Shown: positions 16,246-17,296 of the stretch, piece after piece | Position numbering within the stretch: the first letter of the stretch is position 1 | Layout of the letters: each line of letters opens with the position of its first letter | NCBI GenBank assembly: GCA_027050205.1 | Contig: JALUCS010000023.1 | Span: forward strand, 1 to 17,296 | Length of the DNA: 17,296 bases | Source: a candidate division WOR-3 bacterium | GTDB taxonomy: Bacteria > Hydrothermota > Hydrothermia > LBFQ01 | Direction: 5' to 3' | Program-made: the position numbers and the translations under genes | The notes under the pieces: model-generated | Databases searched by the model: none | Told to the model about the DNA's origin: nothing | What the model saw: only the letters and a program-made list of their open reading frames with translations

Positions 16246-17296
16246 TAGTCCTCATCCTCGCCGCGGTAGTAGGAGGGATAGCCTCTACCCTCCTGAACCT
16301 TTCGCATCTTGCCCCGTACTACGAGGCTCTCTTAGGCGGTGTGGCCATAATGGTGGCCGGATACATCCTATCCGTAGCCGTGGAAGCTGCCCAAAAGGAC
16401 GTATCCCGCTCCTTCGCCACCATCATACTGGCCCTCCTCGCCGTCCTTCCGGAGTACGCCGTGGACTTCTACCTCGCCTATACGGGCGGGAGCAACCCCC
16501 ACTACGTGCATTACGCTACGGCCAACATGACGGGGGCCAACCGTATGCTCCTTGGCCTCTTCTGGCCGGTGGTCGGTTTTGTCGGTCTTTACCTCGCCCG
16601 CGGCAGGAAGACGGTTAGGGGAAAGGCGGTGATATTGGATAGGTCCTTCCGTTTGGAGATCTTCTTCCTCCTCCTTGCCACCCTGTACTCCTTCAAGCTC
16701 CCCCTTATGGGCCACATTTCCCTCTTTGATAGCATCGTCCTCGTCCTCTTATTCTTGGCGTACGCCCAGGTGGCCTCCAAATCCCACACGAGGGAGGAGG
16801 AGTTTGAGGGTGTAGTCGGGACGATAGTTTCCCTACCTCCGGCGGCCCGTAAGGCGGTGGTCCTCCTCCTCTTTTTGATGGCCGGGGCTTTCATATTCGC
16901 ATCGGTTGAGAGGTTCACCGAGGGGCTGATAAGGACGGGAGAGATGTTGGGGGTGAGTGAGTTCCTACTGATACAGTGGGTTGCCCCTCTGGCCTCCGAG
17001 ATGCCGGAGTTGGTGGTGGCCGTACTCCTCGCCCTAAAGGGTAAGACCACTACGGCCATAGGAGCGCTCGTCTCCAGTAAGGTCAACCAGTGGACCCTCC
17101 TGATAGGTACCCTCCCCTTCGCCTACTCCCTCGGTAGTGGTAGGCTGGCCCCCATGCCCCTGGATGCGGTGCAACGGGAGGAGCTGTTCCTGACGGCCGC
17201 CCAGTCCCTATTCGGTACCATCCTGATCGCCGACCTGAAGTTGAGCCGAGGGGACGCCCTCCTCCTCTTCCTCCTCTTCTGGGCGCAGTGGGCCCA
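16242..17296 (+). CDS. Na+/Ca2+ (CaCA superfamily) cation antiporter (3' end outside window)
   Basis: Not in the ORF track (no stop in window). From GTG 16242 (GTGA overlap): MIVLILAAVVGG...LLAVLPEYAVD...ANMTGANRMLLG...WVAPLASEMPELVV...LVSSKVNQWTLLIG, matching CaCA alpha-1/alpha-2 repeats, and hydrophobic throughout. Confidence 0.9.
   Translation, partial: MIVLILAAVVGGIASTLLNLSHLAPYYEALLGGVAIMVAGYILSVAVEAAQKDVSRSFATIILALLAVLPEYAVDFYLAYTGGSNPHYVHYATANMTGANRMLLGLFWPVVGFVGLYLARGRKTVRGKAVILDRSFRLEIFFLLLATLYSFKLPLMGHISLFDSIVLVLLFLAYAQVASKSHTREEEFEGVVGTIVSLPPAARKAVVLLLFLMAGAFIFASVERFTEGLIRTGEMLGVSEFLLIQWVAPLASEMPELVVAVLLALKGKTTTAIGALVSSKVNQWTLLIGTLPFAYSLGSGRLAPMPLDAVQREELFLTAAQSLFGTILIADLKLSRGDALLLFLLFWAQWA

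Noticed and set aside
15804..17086. ORFs 15804..16307, 16368..16715 and 16589..17086 (all minus)
   Set aside because: Antisense to the hypothetical protein and the CaCA antiporter.

Overview
A GC-rich (~60%) bacterial chromosomal window, probably from a thermophile (AGG/ATA codon bias, charge-rich proteins). FlgD-Ig and T9SS-like C-terminal domains suggest an FCB-related lineage such as WOR-3, but this is inference. Gene order: alaS (minus, runs off the left edge); a ~270 bp AT-rich (~29% GC) intergenic island with repeats; a transglutaminase-like protein; a mercuric reductase merA interrupted by an in-frame TAG and coupled to a GH99-like glycoside hydrolase; a divergent operon (TPR/BamD-like protein, FlgD-Ig protein, HD-domain tRNA nucleotidyltransferase resembling a CC-adding enzyme); a secreted Cys-rich FG-GAP protein with a T9SS-like tail; a hairpin-dense ~300 bp intergenic region containing a tRNA-like cloverleaf; nnr (yjeF); a small membrane protein and a sugar-phosphate nucleotidyltransferase; an uncharacterised sandwich-barrel/KOW protein; and a Na+/Ca2+ (CaCA) antiporter running off the right edge. 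The strongest unexpected signal is that all eight genes leading an inferred transcription unit have a TANAAT/TATACT -10 box 7-10 nt before the start codon and no canonical Shine-Dalgarno, implying largely leaderless mRNAs. No CRISPR array, IS element, integrase or rRNA was found.
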